This document shows positions 9,959-20,178 of a stretch of DNA of 64,000 nucleotides, one piece after another. The notes below the pieces were generated by a model that was not told the DNA's origin, made no database searches, and saw only the letters and a list, made by a program, of their open reading frames with translations. Origin of the DNA: an uncultured Marinobacter sp. GTDB lineage: Bacteria > Pseudomonadota > Gammaproteobacteria > Pseudomonadales > Oleiphilaceae. Position numbers and translations under genes: made by a program. Every line of letters starts with the position of its first letter. Within the stretch, counting starts at the first letter, position 1. The DNA is taken from the NCBI RefSeq assembly GCF_947488835.1, contig NZ_CANLBK010000006.1:40042-104041 (forward strand), written 5' to 3'.

Positions 9959-10837
9959 GTGTCCGGCAAACTCATCGCTCTGGCTTTCCGTTTACTATCC
10001 CTGCTCAGCCTCCGCTCGGCGCAACGCATTGGCCGTTTTCTCGGCGGCTTAGTTTGGAGATTGGGTGGTCGTTCTGTAGAAACCACCCGCAAAAATTTGC
10101 TCGCCTGTTATCCAGATCTTACAGATGCGGAACGGGAACACCTGGGTCGCCAGAGCCTTCGCGAAACCGGTGCCACAGCGATGGAGATTCCTTTAATGTG
10201 GGAGTGGCCGGTTGAACGCTGTTTGGGTCTGATAAAGGAAATTGAAGGCGAAGACCTGCTTGATGGCTACAAGGCAGACGGCAAAGGCTTACTCCTGCTT
10301 GCGCCACACTTGGGCAACTGGGAACTTGCAGGTTTGTTCTTTGCTTCCCGCTATAAAATGGCAGCCCTTTACAGCCCGCCTAACCGCCAAGAGTTTGAAA
10401 CCTACATCAAGAATGTCAGAAGTCGCAGCGGTTCTGAACTGGTCGCGACGGATCGGCGAGGCATCATCCGCCTTTTTACCATTTTGCGGGAGGGTGGAGT
10501 CGTAGGCATACTGCCAGATCAGACCCCAAGGCTGGAGGGCGGTGAGTTCGCACCATTTTATGGCATCCCCACAGCCACAATGACGCTCTCGTCAAAACTG
10601 ATTCATAAAACGGGCGCGCAGCCGCTGATCACCTTTGCCCAGAGACTACCCAACGGCGAAGGGTTCAAGATTGTCATCAAGAAAGCGGACGAAGGTATGA
10701 CGTCGAAAGATATACCTGAATCGCTTGCCGCGCTGAACCGTTCAGTGGAGCAATGTATTGAAATGGCGCCGGAACAGTATCAGTGGGAGTACAAACGCTT
10801 TCGCCGAACGGCACCAGGGGAAACACCGGTTTACTAA
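9959..10837 (+). CDS. lpxL: Lipid A late acyltransferase (LpxL/HtrB family)
   Basis: Catalytic HLGNWE, VGILPDQ, PEQYQWEYKRF. Exact start uncertain. Confidence 0.85.
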   Translation: MSGKLIALAFRLLSLLSLRSAQRIGRFLGGLVWRLGGRSVETTRKNLLACYPDLTDAEREHLGRQSLRETGATAMEIPLMWEWPVERCLGLIKEIEGEDLLDGYKADGKGLLLLAPHLGNWELAGLFFASRYKMAALYSPPNRQEFETYIKNVRSRSGSELVATDRRGIIRLFTILREGGVVGILPDQTPRLEGGEFAPFYGIPTATMTLSSKLIHKTGAQPLITFAQRLPNGEGFKIVIKKADEGMTSKDIPESLAALNRSVEQCIEMAPEQYQWEYKRFRRTAPGETPVY

Positions 10838-11551
10838 TCAGTCTTCCCGGTAACCCTTCATAAATCTCTGCCAGAATTGCTCTCGCAGTTTGTCATCCAG
10901 TTGCCCCAGGCACTTCTTTGTTGACCGCTCAAGGCGACTGATGTTGCTTTCTTTCCACCCGTCTCCAGCCTGTTCTGGCATGATGCGCCCCCGGTCAAAA
11001 TCAATCAGGTAGATTTGATCCGCAACCAGAATGTTCATGCAGTTCAAATCCGCATGGTTCACGCTGGCGTTGTGAAACCGGCGCACACAGGCACCTGCCG
11101 CCTGCCAGATTTCTCCGCTCGACGCGTCAACATACTCAGAGATCGGCTTTGCACCAGGAATCCGACGAATAATCAGTGATGCACTATAGAATAGAGGCCC
11201 ATGCAACCGGTAGCCTGCAGCAATAGGCTCAGGTACGGGCAAACCTTCATCGAGAAGCTGATTCAACAAGCGGAATTCGGCGAACGATCGAACGGCATCC
11301 ACGCTGGTGAATACATAACTTCGTCGAATAAAACGACCCGGCAAGCCTCCGCGACAAAAGTGTCGCAATACAGCCTCGCCAAACGACCCTTCAACAAACC
11401 AGGCAGCGCCTCGGCCACCCTGGGTGATCAAAACTGCCTGCCCACCCCAGAAATCCGGGTCGAACCACTCTTCCCGGAAACTCTCTTTAACGGCTGAAGA
11501 CACCAGATAACCTCCAGTGCCTCCAATATGCTTGACGCAGCTCGCCCCCAC
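10838..11551 (-). CDS. kdkA: 3-deoxy-D-manno-octulosonic acid (Kdo) kinase
   Basis: GGRGAAWFV, LRHFCRGG, RSFAEFRLL, HADLNCMNILV, LIDFDRG. Confidence 0.9.
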   Translation of the reverse strand: MGASCVKHIGGTGGYLVSSAVKESFREEWFDPDFWGGQAVLITQGGRGAAWFVEGSFGEAVLRHFCRGGLPGRFIRRSYVFTSVDAVRSFAEFRLLNQLLDEGLPVPEPIAAGYRLHGPLFYSASLIIRRIPGAKPISEYVDASSGEIWQAAGACVRRFHNASVNHADLNCMNILVADQIYLIDFDRGRIMPEQAGDGWKESNISRLERSTKKCLGQLDDKLREQFWQRFMKGYRED

Positions 11552-11558
11552 AGGGGAA

Positions 11559-12482
11559 TTACCCTGCGTGCGTCAGCCAGTCGCTATGCTGCGGCAGTTT
11601 TCCTTTCACCGCATCAAAATACATAGCCTGCAATTTCTCGGTTACCGGTCCGCGCTTGCCAGCGCCAATAGCACGACCGTCCAGCTCACGAATTGGCAGC
11701 ACTTCAGCTGCGGTACCAGTAAAGAAGGCTTCGTCGGCAACATACACTTCATCGCGAGTAATACGACGCTCTTTCACCGGAATGTTCAACTCGGCGGCAA
11801 AATCCAGAATGGTTTGGCGGGTAATGCCTTCCAGGCAAGAAGTCAGCTCTGGTGTGTGCAGAATCCCATTGCGCATGATAAAGATGTTTTCGCCCGAACC
11901 CTCAGCCACATAACCTTCGTTATCGAGCAACAGCGCTTCTTCACAGCCACTGGCAATCGCTTCGTTCAACGCCAGCATGGAGTTGATGTAGTTGCCGTTT
12001 GCCTTCGCCTTGCACATGGTGATGTTAACGTGGTGGCGAGTGTATGAAGAGGTGCGCACCTTGATGCCAACTTCCTTGGCTTCTGGCGACATGTACGAAG
12101 GCCAACTCCAGGCCGCAACCATTACATGAACCTTCAGGTTATCCGCACGCAGACCCATGCCTTCAGAGCCCAAAAACACCATCGGGCGCAGGTAGGCTTC
12201 ATCAAGGTTATTCTCACGAACCGCTGCAAGTTGAGCTGCGTTCAGCTCTTCTTTGCTGAACGGCATCTTCATGTTCAGAATATGGGCAGAGCGGAATAGA
12301 CGATCGGTATGGTCCTGCAGGCGAAAAATAGCCGGGCCATTCGCAGTGTTGTAAGCGCGCACCCCTTCAAAACAGCCCAAGCCGTAGTGCAGAGTGTGGG
12401 TCAGGACGTGGGTTTTGGCTTCACGCCAGGGGACCATTTCACCATCCAGCCAGATAACGCCATCGCGATCAGCCATCGACAT
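11559..12482 (-). CDS. ilvE: Branched-chain amino acid aminotransferase
   Basis: HTLHYGLGCFEGVRAY, KAKANGNYINS, EGSGENIF, LEGITR, GTAAEV. Confidence 0.98.
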   Translation of the reverse strand: MSMADRDGVIWLDGEMVPWREAKTHVLTHTLHYGLGCFEGVRAYNTANGPAIFRLQDHTDRLFRSAHILNMKMPFSKEELNAAQLAAVRENNLDEAYLRPMVFLGSEGMGLRADNLKVHVMVAAWSWPSYMSPEAKEVGIKVRTSSYTRHHVNITMCKAKANGNYINSMLALNEAIASGCEEALLLDNEGYVAEGSGENIFIMRNGILHTPELTSCLEGITRQTILDFAAELNIPVKERRITRDEVYVADEAFFTGTAAEVLPIRELDGRAIGAGKRGPVTEKLQAMYFDAVKGKLPQHSDWLTHAG

Positions 12483-12571
12483 GCTTCGTTGCTCCTAAAA
12501 AAGCGGTTTTTGGAAACCTAGTGTAGCTTGGCATTCTATCAGGAAATTTTGGCGAAACGACACCAGGCTTG

Positions 12572-15475
12572 CTACACCAACATGATTTTCTTCCAGACGG
12601 ACTGAATGTATCGCCGCTCGCCTGTGAACGCATCACTCGCCACCTGGCTATTAAGATTTTGCAGCGCTCGTCGGTGAATGCTGGATCGTAAGGCGATATA
12701 GGCCTCACGCAGCTTCTCCGCATCGCCCACCGGCAACACCCCAGCCCGACCCAGCTCCTCCATTTGCCGGATGTTGTCAGACCACTGAGTCAGCTCCGGG
12801 TGCGCCTCACTCCAGGCCAGCATCAGGTACTGCACCATGAATTCCATATCCACAATGCCGCCGGCATCGTGTTTTATGTGGAAGGTCTCTTCCCGCAGGC
12901 TTTCTGGGGTACCCAGATTGCTGCGCATTTTCTCGCGCATCTCCAGCACTTCCTGGCGCAGGGAATCCTTGTCACGTTTCTGGCAAAGTATGTTGTGTCG
13001 AACCGTCTCAAACGCTGCAATTGTTTGCTTGCTCCCTGCAACGCCGCGGGCCCGAGCCAAGGCTTGATGCTCCCACGTCCAGGCGTCGTTGCGCTGGTAC
13101 TTTTCAAATGCACTCAGGGTACTCACCAACAACCCCGAATTACCCGATGGTCGCAGCCGCATATCGACCTCATACAACTGGCCCGAAGGGGTTTGCGCAT
13201 TCAGGATATGAACAATGCGCTGGCCCAGGCGAGTATAGAACACCACGTTATCAATGGGTTTATCGCCATCCGTTGTTAGCTCTGGGTCTGCAGTGTGAAC
13301 AAACACCAGGTCAAGATCCGAGGTGTAGCCCAGCTCGATGCCACCGAGCTTTCCGTAGCCGATCACCGCAAAGTCCGTGCCGCCGCTTGCCCCTTCAGCT
13401 TGCCCGGGATACCCATGGCGGGCGACCAGATTGGCGAAAGCAACGTCGACCACGTGATCAAGCACCACTTCCGCAATCCAGGTGAGATAGTCACTTACCT
13501 TCATGAGAGGCAAGGTGCCCTTTAGCTCGGAGGCCGCAACGCGGAGGGTGTGGGCCTTTTTAAAGTGGCGCAGCGACTCCATCTGGTTTTCCAGATCATC
13601 ATAGGAAATCCGCAGCATTTGCTGGCGCAGGTCATCCTGCAACTCTTCTCGCGCCGGCGGGCTGTATAGGCTTTCAGCGTTAAGCAACTCATCCAACAGC
13701 AAAGGGGTTTCAGCCAACTGCCGTGCAATCCAGGGGCTGTCGCTACACAGGCTTACCAGTTGCGCGCGGGCTCCGGGGTTTTCCAGCAATAAAACCATGT
13801 AGGCCGTTCGGCGCAAAATCGCTTCAACCAAAAGCAAAACACGGGACAAGGTTTCTGAGGGTTTCTCCACTTCGGATAACGCTTCCAGAAGCACCGGCAT
13901 AAACTGGTTCAGTCGCTTACGCCCCTGCGTCTGCATAGTCTGAACAGTGCGACTGTCACGCAAACTGGCGAGTAGACCAAGACTGCCCGCTGGATCTTCG
14001 TAGCCGTGTTGTTCCAGCCACTCGATATCTGAAGCCTCATCAACTTCCGCCAGCCAAAGTTCACACCAGCCTTCATCCAGGGATGACTGGGCACTGTCTT
14101 CGCTTTCTTCTGTCGCAATAATGTTAGCAAAGTGGGTTGTTACATTTTCTCGGTGCAGTGCCAAAGCATGCTGGCAGCGTGGCCAATCGTCGAAGCCCAT
14201 GATCAGTGCAATGCGCGCTCTTGAAATATCATCCTCAGGCAATAGCTGGGTTTGTTTATCCTCCATGCCCTGCAGGGCATGCTCAAGGTTGCGAAGAAAA
14301 ACATAGGCTTCGCGAAGCTCATTGACCACCTGCGAAGGCAATAGCTCCAACTCCTCCAGCTCTTTCAGAATAACCAGCAATTCACGCTGCTGAAGCTCTC
14401 TGTCGCGGCCACCTCGAATGAGCTGGAACGCCTGAACCACAAACTCGATTTCCCGAATGCCACCACTACCAAGCTTGATGTTGTTCTCAAGCCCCTGCCT
14501 GCGCACCTCGCGGCCAATCATCGCTTTCATACTGCGCAGGGATTCAAACGCGCTGAAATCAATGTAACGGCGATACACAAAGGGCCGGAGGCTTTCCATC
14601 AGAACTTCCCCAGCCTTCCGATCACCCGCTACCACACGGGACTTGACCATGGCGTAACGCTCCCAGTCTCGCCCCTGATCCTGATAGTAGGTTTCCAGTG
14701 CGGCGAAACTCAGTGCAAGCGCACCACTTTGCCCATAAGGGCGTAGGCGCATGTCCACACGGAACACAAAGCCATCAGCGGTGATCTGATCCAGCGCCTG
14801 AATCAAACGCTGCCCAAGCCGGATGAAAAACTGCTGGTTGTCCAATGAGCGCCGACCACCCCGGGTTTCGCCTTTGCTGGGAAAGGCAAAAATCAGATCT
14901 ATATCTGAAGACACATTCAACTCACGACCGCCCAGCTTGCCCATGCCGATAACAATCAAGGATTGGGGCGCCTCCGCACCTGTCACCGGATCTACTCCCC
15001 AAGGGGTGCCATACTGCTCACAAGCGGCTTCGTTCAGCCAGTCCAGCGCACCCTGAATGCACACTTCGGCAAATGCACTGGTCGCTGCCATGGTTTCCGC
15101 CAGATCAGCCCAACGCAGCAAATCCCGCCAGATGATGCGGAACTGCGTCTCCCGGCGAAAACGACGCAACGCCACATGCAATTCTGGCTCATCCATTACG
15201 TCCAAAAGGTATTCGCGACAGCGCGCCTGAAGATACTCTGGCGTGGTTGGCTCACTCAGCAGCCTTGATTCCAACAGAGCGCGCACCTGCGCGGGGTGTC
15301 GCTCAAGGGTTTGCCGCAAAAACAGGCTCCGGGCGATAGCCTGAGCGATCACCTCTTTCGAGATGCCGGAATCCGCCAGCAGCCTGCCTGGCAAACCTTC
15401 CGAAAAAACCGATGCCCAACTGGCAGAAACATCATCCGCCAACGGCAAAGGAAGGCAATTCCATGGCTCGGACAT
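12572..15475 (-). CDS. glnE: Bifunctional glutamine synthetase adenylyltransferase / removing enzyme
   Basis: Two nucleotidyltransferase domains: GMGKLGGRELNVSSDIDL and GYGKLGGIELGYTSDLDL, each with DMRLRP. Confidence 0.98.
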   Translation of the reverse strand: MSEPWNCLPLPLADDVSASWASVFSEGLPGRLLADSGISKEVIAQAIARSLFLRQTLERHPAQVRALLESRLLSEPTTPEYLQARCREYLLDVMDEPELHVALRRFRRETQFRIIWRDLLRWADLAETMAATSAFAEVCIQGALDWLNEAACEQYGTPWGVDPVTGAEAPQSLIVIGMGKLGGRELNVSSDIDLIFAFPSKGETRGGRRSLDNQQFFIRLGQRLIQALDQITADGFVFRVDMRLRPYGQSGALALSFAALETYYQDQGRDWERYAMVKSRVVAGDRKAGEVLMESLRPFVYRRYIDFSAFESLRSMKAMIGREVRRQGLENNIKLGSGGIREIEFVVQAFQLIRGGRDRELQQRELLVILKELEELELLPSQVVNELREAYVFLRNLEHALQGMEDKQTQLLPEDDISRARIALIMGFDDWPRCQHALALHRENVTTHFANIIATEESEDSAQSSLDEGWCELWLAEVDEASDIEWLEQHGYEDPAGSLGLLASLRDSRTVQTMQTQGRKRLNQFMPVLLEALSEVEKPSETLSRVLLLVEAILRRTAYMVLLLENPGARAQLVSLCSDSPWIARQLAETPLLLDELLNAESLYSPPAREELQDDLRQQMLRISYDDLENQMESLRHFKKAHTLRVAASELKGTLPLMKVSDYLTWIAEVVLDHVVDVAFANLVARHGYPGQAEGASGGTDFAVIGYGKLGGIELGYTSDLDLVFVHTADPELTTDGDKPIDNVVFYTRLGQRIVHILNAQTPSGQLYEVDMRLRPSGNSGLLVSTLSAFEKYQRNDAWTWEHQALARARGVAGSKQTIAAFETVRHNILCQKRDKDSLRQEVLEMREKMRSNLGTPESLREETFHIKHDAGGIVDMEFMVQYLMLAWSEAHPELTQWSDNIRQMEELGRAGVLPVGDAEKLREAYIALRSSIHRRALQNLNSQVASDAFTGERRYIQSVWKKIMLV

Positions 15476-15553
15476 AATGCAAACCCCTGTCTCTCTGTTA
15501 TATTTCCGTTACTGTATAACGAACTAACCCGAGACTGAACAGGCCAACACCGG

Positions 15554-16723
15554 ATGCTAAGAAACCGCTTCCCCCTCAACGCGGAACATGAGAAAAGCAA
15601 AATCCCCATGGGCGGGCTTATCCGGAAGCGGGCAAAAAACCTGTTTATGGTTCTGATCGCACTGCTGACTACCCACATACTGATAATCTGGGCAGTAGAA
15701 GAGCTGACTTTGTTCGAGTCGCTTTGGATGACGATGACTACCATTGCGACCGTAGGCTATGGCGACTATGCACCCGTAACCTACATAGGCCGCATCAGCA
15801 CCATTTTGTTCATCTTCGTGGGCGCTATTACCTTAATGACGCTGATTGTCAGCGATTTTATCGAGTACCGGTTCTACCGCCGGGAACGCATTCTCACCGG
15901 ACGCTGGATCTATAAAATGAACAACCACATAGTCATTATCAATACCCCGAAACACGGCGGCACAACCTACTTCATGCGCTTTGCAACGCAAATTCGGGCC
16001 GTACAGGGCTATGAAAGCATTCCGATCATGCTACTTACCCGGGAATTCCCAAGCGGGCTACCCGCCGAGCTGTCCGATTTAGGCATCGTTCACTACCATG
16101 GCTCTGGGTTCGATCCGGAAGCACTGAAGGCTGTGCACGCAGGCAGTGCCCAGTACATTGTTGTCTTGGCTGCCGACGAATCTGACCCTCACTCAGACAG
16201 CCTCACTTTCGACATATCCCACCGCCTTGGCGAGCTCAATCTGGGCCAGAAAACAACCGTAGAGTGCGTTACAGACGCCAACCGCAGCCGCTACAAAGAG
16301 CTTGGCGTTCGCGCCGTTATTCGCCCGGTTCGCACCTACCCTGAGATCATGGTGCGCTCTGTAGTGGCTCCGGGATCAGAAAAAGTTCTGGAGGACATGT
16401 TCAACTACGAGCAAGACCACCCACACCGCTACGACCTGGAACTGGATGATCTTAACTGGGCCGATATTGTCAGCGCGCTGATACGCCACGGCATAGGCAC
16501 TGCGCTGGCTTATATCAACCACGATGACGAAGTTATATGCCATCCTGCCATATCGGAAGAGATTGAGGGCAAAGGCCTTATCGTGCTGGTCAAATCCAGC
16601 GACACGCCAGATCTGGAGGTGGTTAAAGAGGCTCTGGAGCGCTATCGCAAGTTTATGGAAAAATGGAGAAACATGCAGGAAGATGCGACCATAACCAATA
16701 CTTCAAACCCTACTACTCACTGA
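15554..16723 (+). CDS. 2-TM potassium channel with RCK domain (MthK/Kch-like)
   Basis: Selectivity filter TVGYGD between two hydrophobic helices, followed by a Rossmann-like RCK region. Start could be ATG at 15608. Confidence 0.9.
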   Translation: MLRNRFPLNAEHEKSKIPMGGLIRKRAKNLFMVLIALLTTHILIIWAVEELTLFESLWMTMTTIATVGYGDYAPVTYIGRISTILFIFVGAITLMTLIVSDFIEYRFYRRERILTGRWIYKMNNHIVIINTPKHGGTTYFMRFATQIRAVQGYESIPIMLLTREFPSGLPAELSDLGIVHYHGSGFDPEALKAVHAGSAQYIVVLAADESDPHSDSLTFDISHRLGELNLGQKTTVECVTDANRSRYKELGVRAVIRPVRTYPEIMVRSVVAPGSEKVLEDMFNYEQDHPHRYDLELDDLNWADIVSALIRHGIGTALAYINHDDEVICHPAISEEIEGKGLIVLVKSSDTPDLEVVKEALERYRKFMEKWRNMQEDATITNTSNPTTH

Positions 16724-16745
16724 GAAATTTTCCCAGGCATCGTCT

Positions 16746-18089
16746 ATGGAGTCCGTCCTTTTCCAGCCGCTGGTAGATGCGCTTGCATCCGGCCAGCCTA
16801 CGGCCGTTGTTGACGCCGCGAATCTATTCAACGCTGCCGACCTTGCCGAATTTATCGAGCAAAATATTGAGGGAGAAACAGGCCGCGCTCTGTTTCAGGG
16901 CCTCCCTATTGCTCTACGAGCGAAAGTTCTGGGCTATACCAACCCGGACACCCAGCTGCTACTAACCGAAACAACACCTCTGGCTGAACTGGCACTACTT
17001 ACTACGGAAATGCCATCGGACGACCGGGTTGATTTTTTCAACCTGCTTGAAGAGCCTCGTCAGAAACAGCTAATCAAAAAGCTTGACCAGGAAGATCAGG
17101 AAGACCTTACCGCGCTTCTGGCATACCCAGAGGGCACGGCTGGCGCGTTGATGAGCACGGATTACGCAGTGTTTGAATCCGGCATCACCGCGAGTAAAGC
17201 CATAGACATTCTGCGCAAAACAGCAGAGAACAAAGAAACCATCTACCAATCCTACGTGATTGATGAAGACCAGGTGCTGGTCGGCGTAGTGTCCTTGCGC
17301 CGGCTGATTATTGCCAAGCCCGACACCGTTATCGACTCCCTGCTCGCCACGGGCCTGGTGACCACGCACACGAACACGTCGCAGGACGATGTAGCCAGGC
17401 TGATTGCCAAGTACGACCTCTTGGCACTACCCGTTGTAGACGACCACAACCGCCTTGCGGGCATCATCACCTACGATGACGCCATGGACGTTATCGAGGC
17501 AGAGGCAACGGAAGACATTCACAAAGGCGGTACGGTCAGCAATCTCGATTCAGGCATTACTCTGGCCTCACCTTTTTCACTCTACCGATCCCGTATCCAA
17601 TGGTTGGTTATTCTGGTGTTTGCCAACATCTTCACTGGTGCCGGCATCGCGCATTTTGAAGAGATCATAGGCGCTCATCTGGCCTTGCTGTTCTTCATGC
17701 CACTCCTGGTTGCCAGTGCCGGTAACGCAGGGGCACAATCCGCCACACTGGTTGTCAGGGGCATCGCAACGGGAGATGTGGTAAACCGCGACTGGGTTCG
17801 CCTGTTTAATAAAGAGCTACTCGTGGCAACCGCCCTCGGCTTGAGCATGGCGCTGACAGTATGGATTGTAGGCATGTTTCGCACAGAGATGGTTATAGCC
17901 ACAATTGTAGCCATCACCATGATTGCGGTTGTGCTTGCCGGCGGGCTGATTGGCATCTTGCTGCCACTGCTGCTCAATCGAATGGGCATTGACCCAGCTG
18001 CAGCCAGCATTCCGCTTATCACAACTATTGCCGACGTAAGCGGGGTGCTGATCTATTTCAGTATCGCCACAATAATTTTAGGTGCCTAG
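16746..18089 (+). CDS. mgtE: Magnesium transporter MgtE
   Basis: YPEGTAGALM, tandem CBS domains, ASAGNAGAQSAT, IDPAAASIPLITTIADV. Confidence 0.95.
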   Translation: MESVLFQPLVDALASGQPTAVVDAANLFNAADLAEFIEQNIEGETGRALFQGLPIALRAKVLGYTNPDTQLLLTETTPLAELALLTTEMPSDDRVDFFNLLEEPRQKQLIKKLDQEDQEDLTALLAYPEGTAGALMSTDYAVFESGITASKAIDILRKTAENKETIYQSYVIDEDQVLVGVVSLRRLIIAKPDTVIDSLLATGLVTTHTNTSQDDVARLIAKYDLLALPVVDDHNRLAGIITYDDAMDVIEAEATEDIHKGGTVSNLDSGITLASPFSLYRSRIQWLVILVFANIFTGAGIAHFEEIIGAHLALLFFMPLLVASAGNAGAQSATLVVRGIATGDVVNRDWVRLFNKELLVATALGLSMALTVWIVGMFRTEMVIATIVAITMIAVVLAGGLIGILLPLLLNRMGIDPAAASIPLITTIADVSGVLIYFSIATIILGA

Positions 18090-18956
18090 CGTGCGCCGTG
18101 CTCGATTCGCCAGCAAGCCAAGCTGACATTGACCAAGTTCTGGCCTACCTAGCAGATCTTCTAGAGGCTGGCCCTTAGCCAGCGCGCCGGCAACTGTGGC
18201 AAAGGACTGCCCCAACCCGCATGCTTCGGCCTTAACCACAAGCGCCTGAAGATCAATCCCCTCGAGCGATACACCTCCCCGCACTAGCCAAGCATGACTT
18301 AGCTGATATAAAAGGCGGTCAAGATCATCGTGTTTGCCGCCGGCGTCTGCAGCCATGACAGCCATTCCTGCAAGGTAGTAACCCTGCTCTGCCTTGCTGA
18401 TCAGATTCAGAAACACCGGGCATTGCCGGGCGAGCTTTTCTGCCCAGACAAGCAGCCTGGATGGGTCGCCTGAGACAAGCTCAAATTCCACTTCGTGCAG
18501 CAGTTTTTCCTGTCTCCCAGCGGCGATGACGCCCTCATCTACAGCACATTCAATCACCGCCTTACCATCATCCAGCATAATCACCTGGCGGGTAAAATTG
18601 GTTTCAAACACCGGCGCTAGCCGTCCCAAATTCACACAATCAGCCAGAGAGGTCTCCGCCAGCAGCCCCAGAGAAAGAGAAGGCCCCGAAACTGGCCACT
18701 CCCATTCATCGCGGCGGTGCGCGCCGTTCACGAACTCACCGCGGGTTTTTAGAGTCTGTATGTACTGACTACCCGCTTGGCGCACACGAAGGGCGGCTTG
18801 CCGACGATTAAGCTCGGCATCAGGGGTGTCGTAATAGCAGTTTACAAGGGATTTTTTACTGCCTGCTTGAGCTTCCGGCTTCGCCAGTAGCCATCTGAGA
18901 GCTTTTACGCGATCACCAGGCTGAAGGCTCAATTTGATTTCTAGCTCTTCCGCCAT
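18078..18956 (-). CDS. CYTH-domain protein (inorganic triphosphatase, YgiF-like)
   Basis: ELEIKL (ExExK), YYDTPD, LRVR, QTLK, EVEFEL, SKAEQGY. Start moved to ATG 18956, which has a GGAGG SD. Confidence 0.9.
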   Translation of the reverse strand: MAEELEIKLSLQPGDRVKALRWLLAKPEAQAGSKKSLVNCYYDTPDAELNRRQAALRVRQAGSQYIQTLKTRGEFVNGAHRRDEWEWPVSGPSLSLGLLAETSLADCVNLGRLAPVFETNFTRQVIMLDDGKAVIECAVDEGVIAAGRQEKLLHEVEFELVSGDPSRLLVWAEKLARQCPVFLNLISKAEQGYYLAGMAVMAADAGGKHDDLDRLLYQLSHAWLVRGGVSLEGIDLQALVVKAEACGLGQSFATVAGALAKGQPLEDLLGRPELGQCQLGLLANRARRTLGT

Positions 18957-18993
18957 ACTTGCCTTACCTCCATTTTCTGCAAGCCAAAAACGT

Positions 18994-19026
18994 AAAAAAC
19001 CGGCGACCCTAAGGTCACCGGTTTTC
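18994..19026 (-). terminator. Intrinsic terminator of the porin gene
   Basis: Minus strand ACCGGTGACC-TTAG-GGTCGCCGGT followed by a U-run. Confidence 0.85.
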
Positions 19027-19059
19027 AATACTACACTAACTGATTAGCTGGTTAGCTGA

Positions 19060-20055
19060 TCAGAAGTAGTAAACTGCGCCAACTACAGCGACAGATTTTT
19101 CGCTTTCGTTAGTCACGCCGTAGACGCCGTCATCACCGCCGCCCAGGTAACCTTCGAAGTACACGTACATGTGGTCAGACAGGTTGTGCAGAGCCTGCAA
19201 AGTAACCGTGTTACGCTCAGTGTCATTCGCGTCGTCAGCCACTGCCATTTCATAAGAAAGTGCAAACTGGTTAGCGCCCATGCTGTAAACACCCATCAAG
19301 CCAAACACGTCTGCAACTTCTTTACGTGTCTGGTACTGACCTGTGATCGACAGATCGTCAAGCTTATAGGTAGCACGCAGGCCGTAGGTGTTTTCGTTGT
19401 TAGGATCAGTGTTTGTGGTGCCAGAGTATGGGGTAGAGCCATCGTTGGAGTCCATCGCGAACGCCAACTCCAAGTTATCTACTGCAAAAGCAGCAGCCAG
19501 CTGGTACGGATAAGATTTACCGCCCGCAGTGCCATCGCCGTTCACCTGAACTGCCGCACCCAGAGTGAAGCCACCGAAAGATGGAGACTCATACTGAATC
19601 AGGTCGCCTTCACCAGTGCTGTAAACTCCAGTATCGCCGTTACCAATGCTCAGGTTACCTGCTTCGTAGAAGTTTGCGATCTTGTCGATCGAACGCTCGT
19701 ACATAGAGTCATCAGAACCTACCCAAATCTGACCGAAGCTGTCACCTTTCACACCGATGTAGGCTTCGTCCAGACGGGCCTGGCCGCGGCCGTAGGACTT
19801 ATCGTCGGCATTGAACCCGTCGAGCTCAAGCTTGAAGAAACCGGTAACGCCAGGAGCGATTTCGTGATCATGGGTCACACCCAAGGTGCTTCCGTTGTCA
19901 TAGTGGTCAAGTGAAGAACCACCGCCTTCAGTGTTCGTATGAGACAAAGCATACTGGATATTACCGTAAACCGTCGGCAGGTTGCTTTCCTGAGCCATAG
20001 CGGTGCCGGAAAAAGCGACGGCAGCAATAGCTGATGCAATGAGAGTCTTCTTCAT
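19060..20055 (-). CDS. Gram-negative outer-membrane porin
   Basis: Signal peptide MKKTLIASAIAAVAFSGTAMA, TVYGNI, beta-strand pattern, C-terminal Phe (AVYYF), acidic composition. Start moved to ATG 20055. Confidence 0.92.
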   Translation of the reverse strand: MKKTLIASAIAAVAFSGTAMAQESNLPTVYGNIQYALSHTNTEGGGSSLDHYDNGSTLGVTHDHEIAPGVTGFFKLELDGFNADDKSYGRGQARLDEAYIGVKGDSFGQIWVGSDDSMYERSIDKIANFYEAGNLSIGNGDTGVYSTGEGDLIQYESPSFGGFTLGAAVQVNGDGTAGGKSYPYQLAAAFAVDNLELAFAMDSNDGSTPYSGTTNTDPNNENTYGLRATYKLDDLSITGQYQTRKEVADVFGLMGVYSMGANQFALSYEMAVADDANDTERNTVTLQALHNLSDHMYVYFEGYLGGGDDGVYGVTNESEKSVAVVGAVYYF

Positions 20056-20144
20056 GTTGTATGTCCTTTTGCGAGTTATTTCAGGTTTTAACAACGGGTT
20101 AATCCCGATTTCTATAAGCTGCCCCAGAAAACCGGATGGCTCTT

Positions 20145-20178
20145 ATTTTAGGTTTGCAACATGTCAAATCTATGACAA
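20145..20178 (-). promoter_or_regulatory. Pho-box-like direct repeat plus -10 of the porin promoter
   Basis: Minus strand TTGTCAT-AGAT-TTGACAT, a 10-nt spacer, then TAAAAT. Confidence 0.55.
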
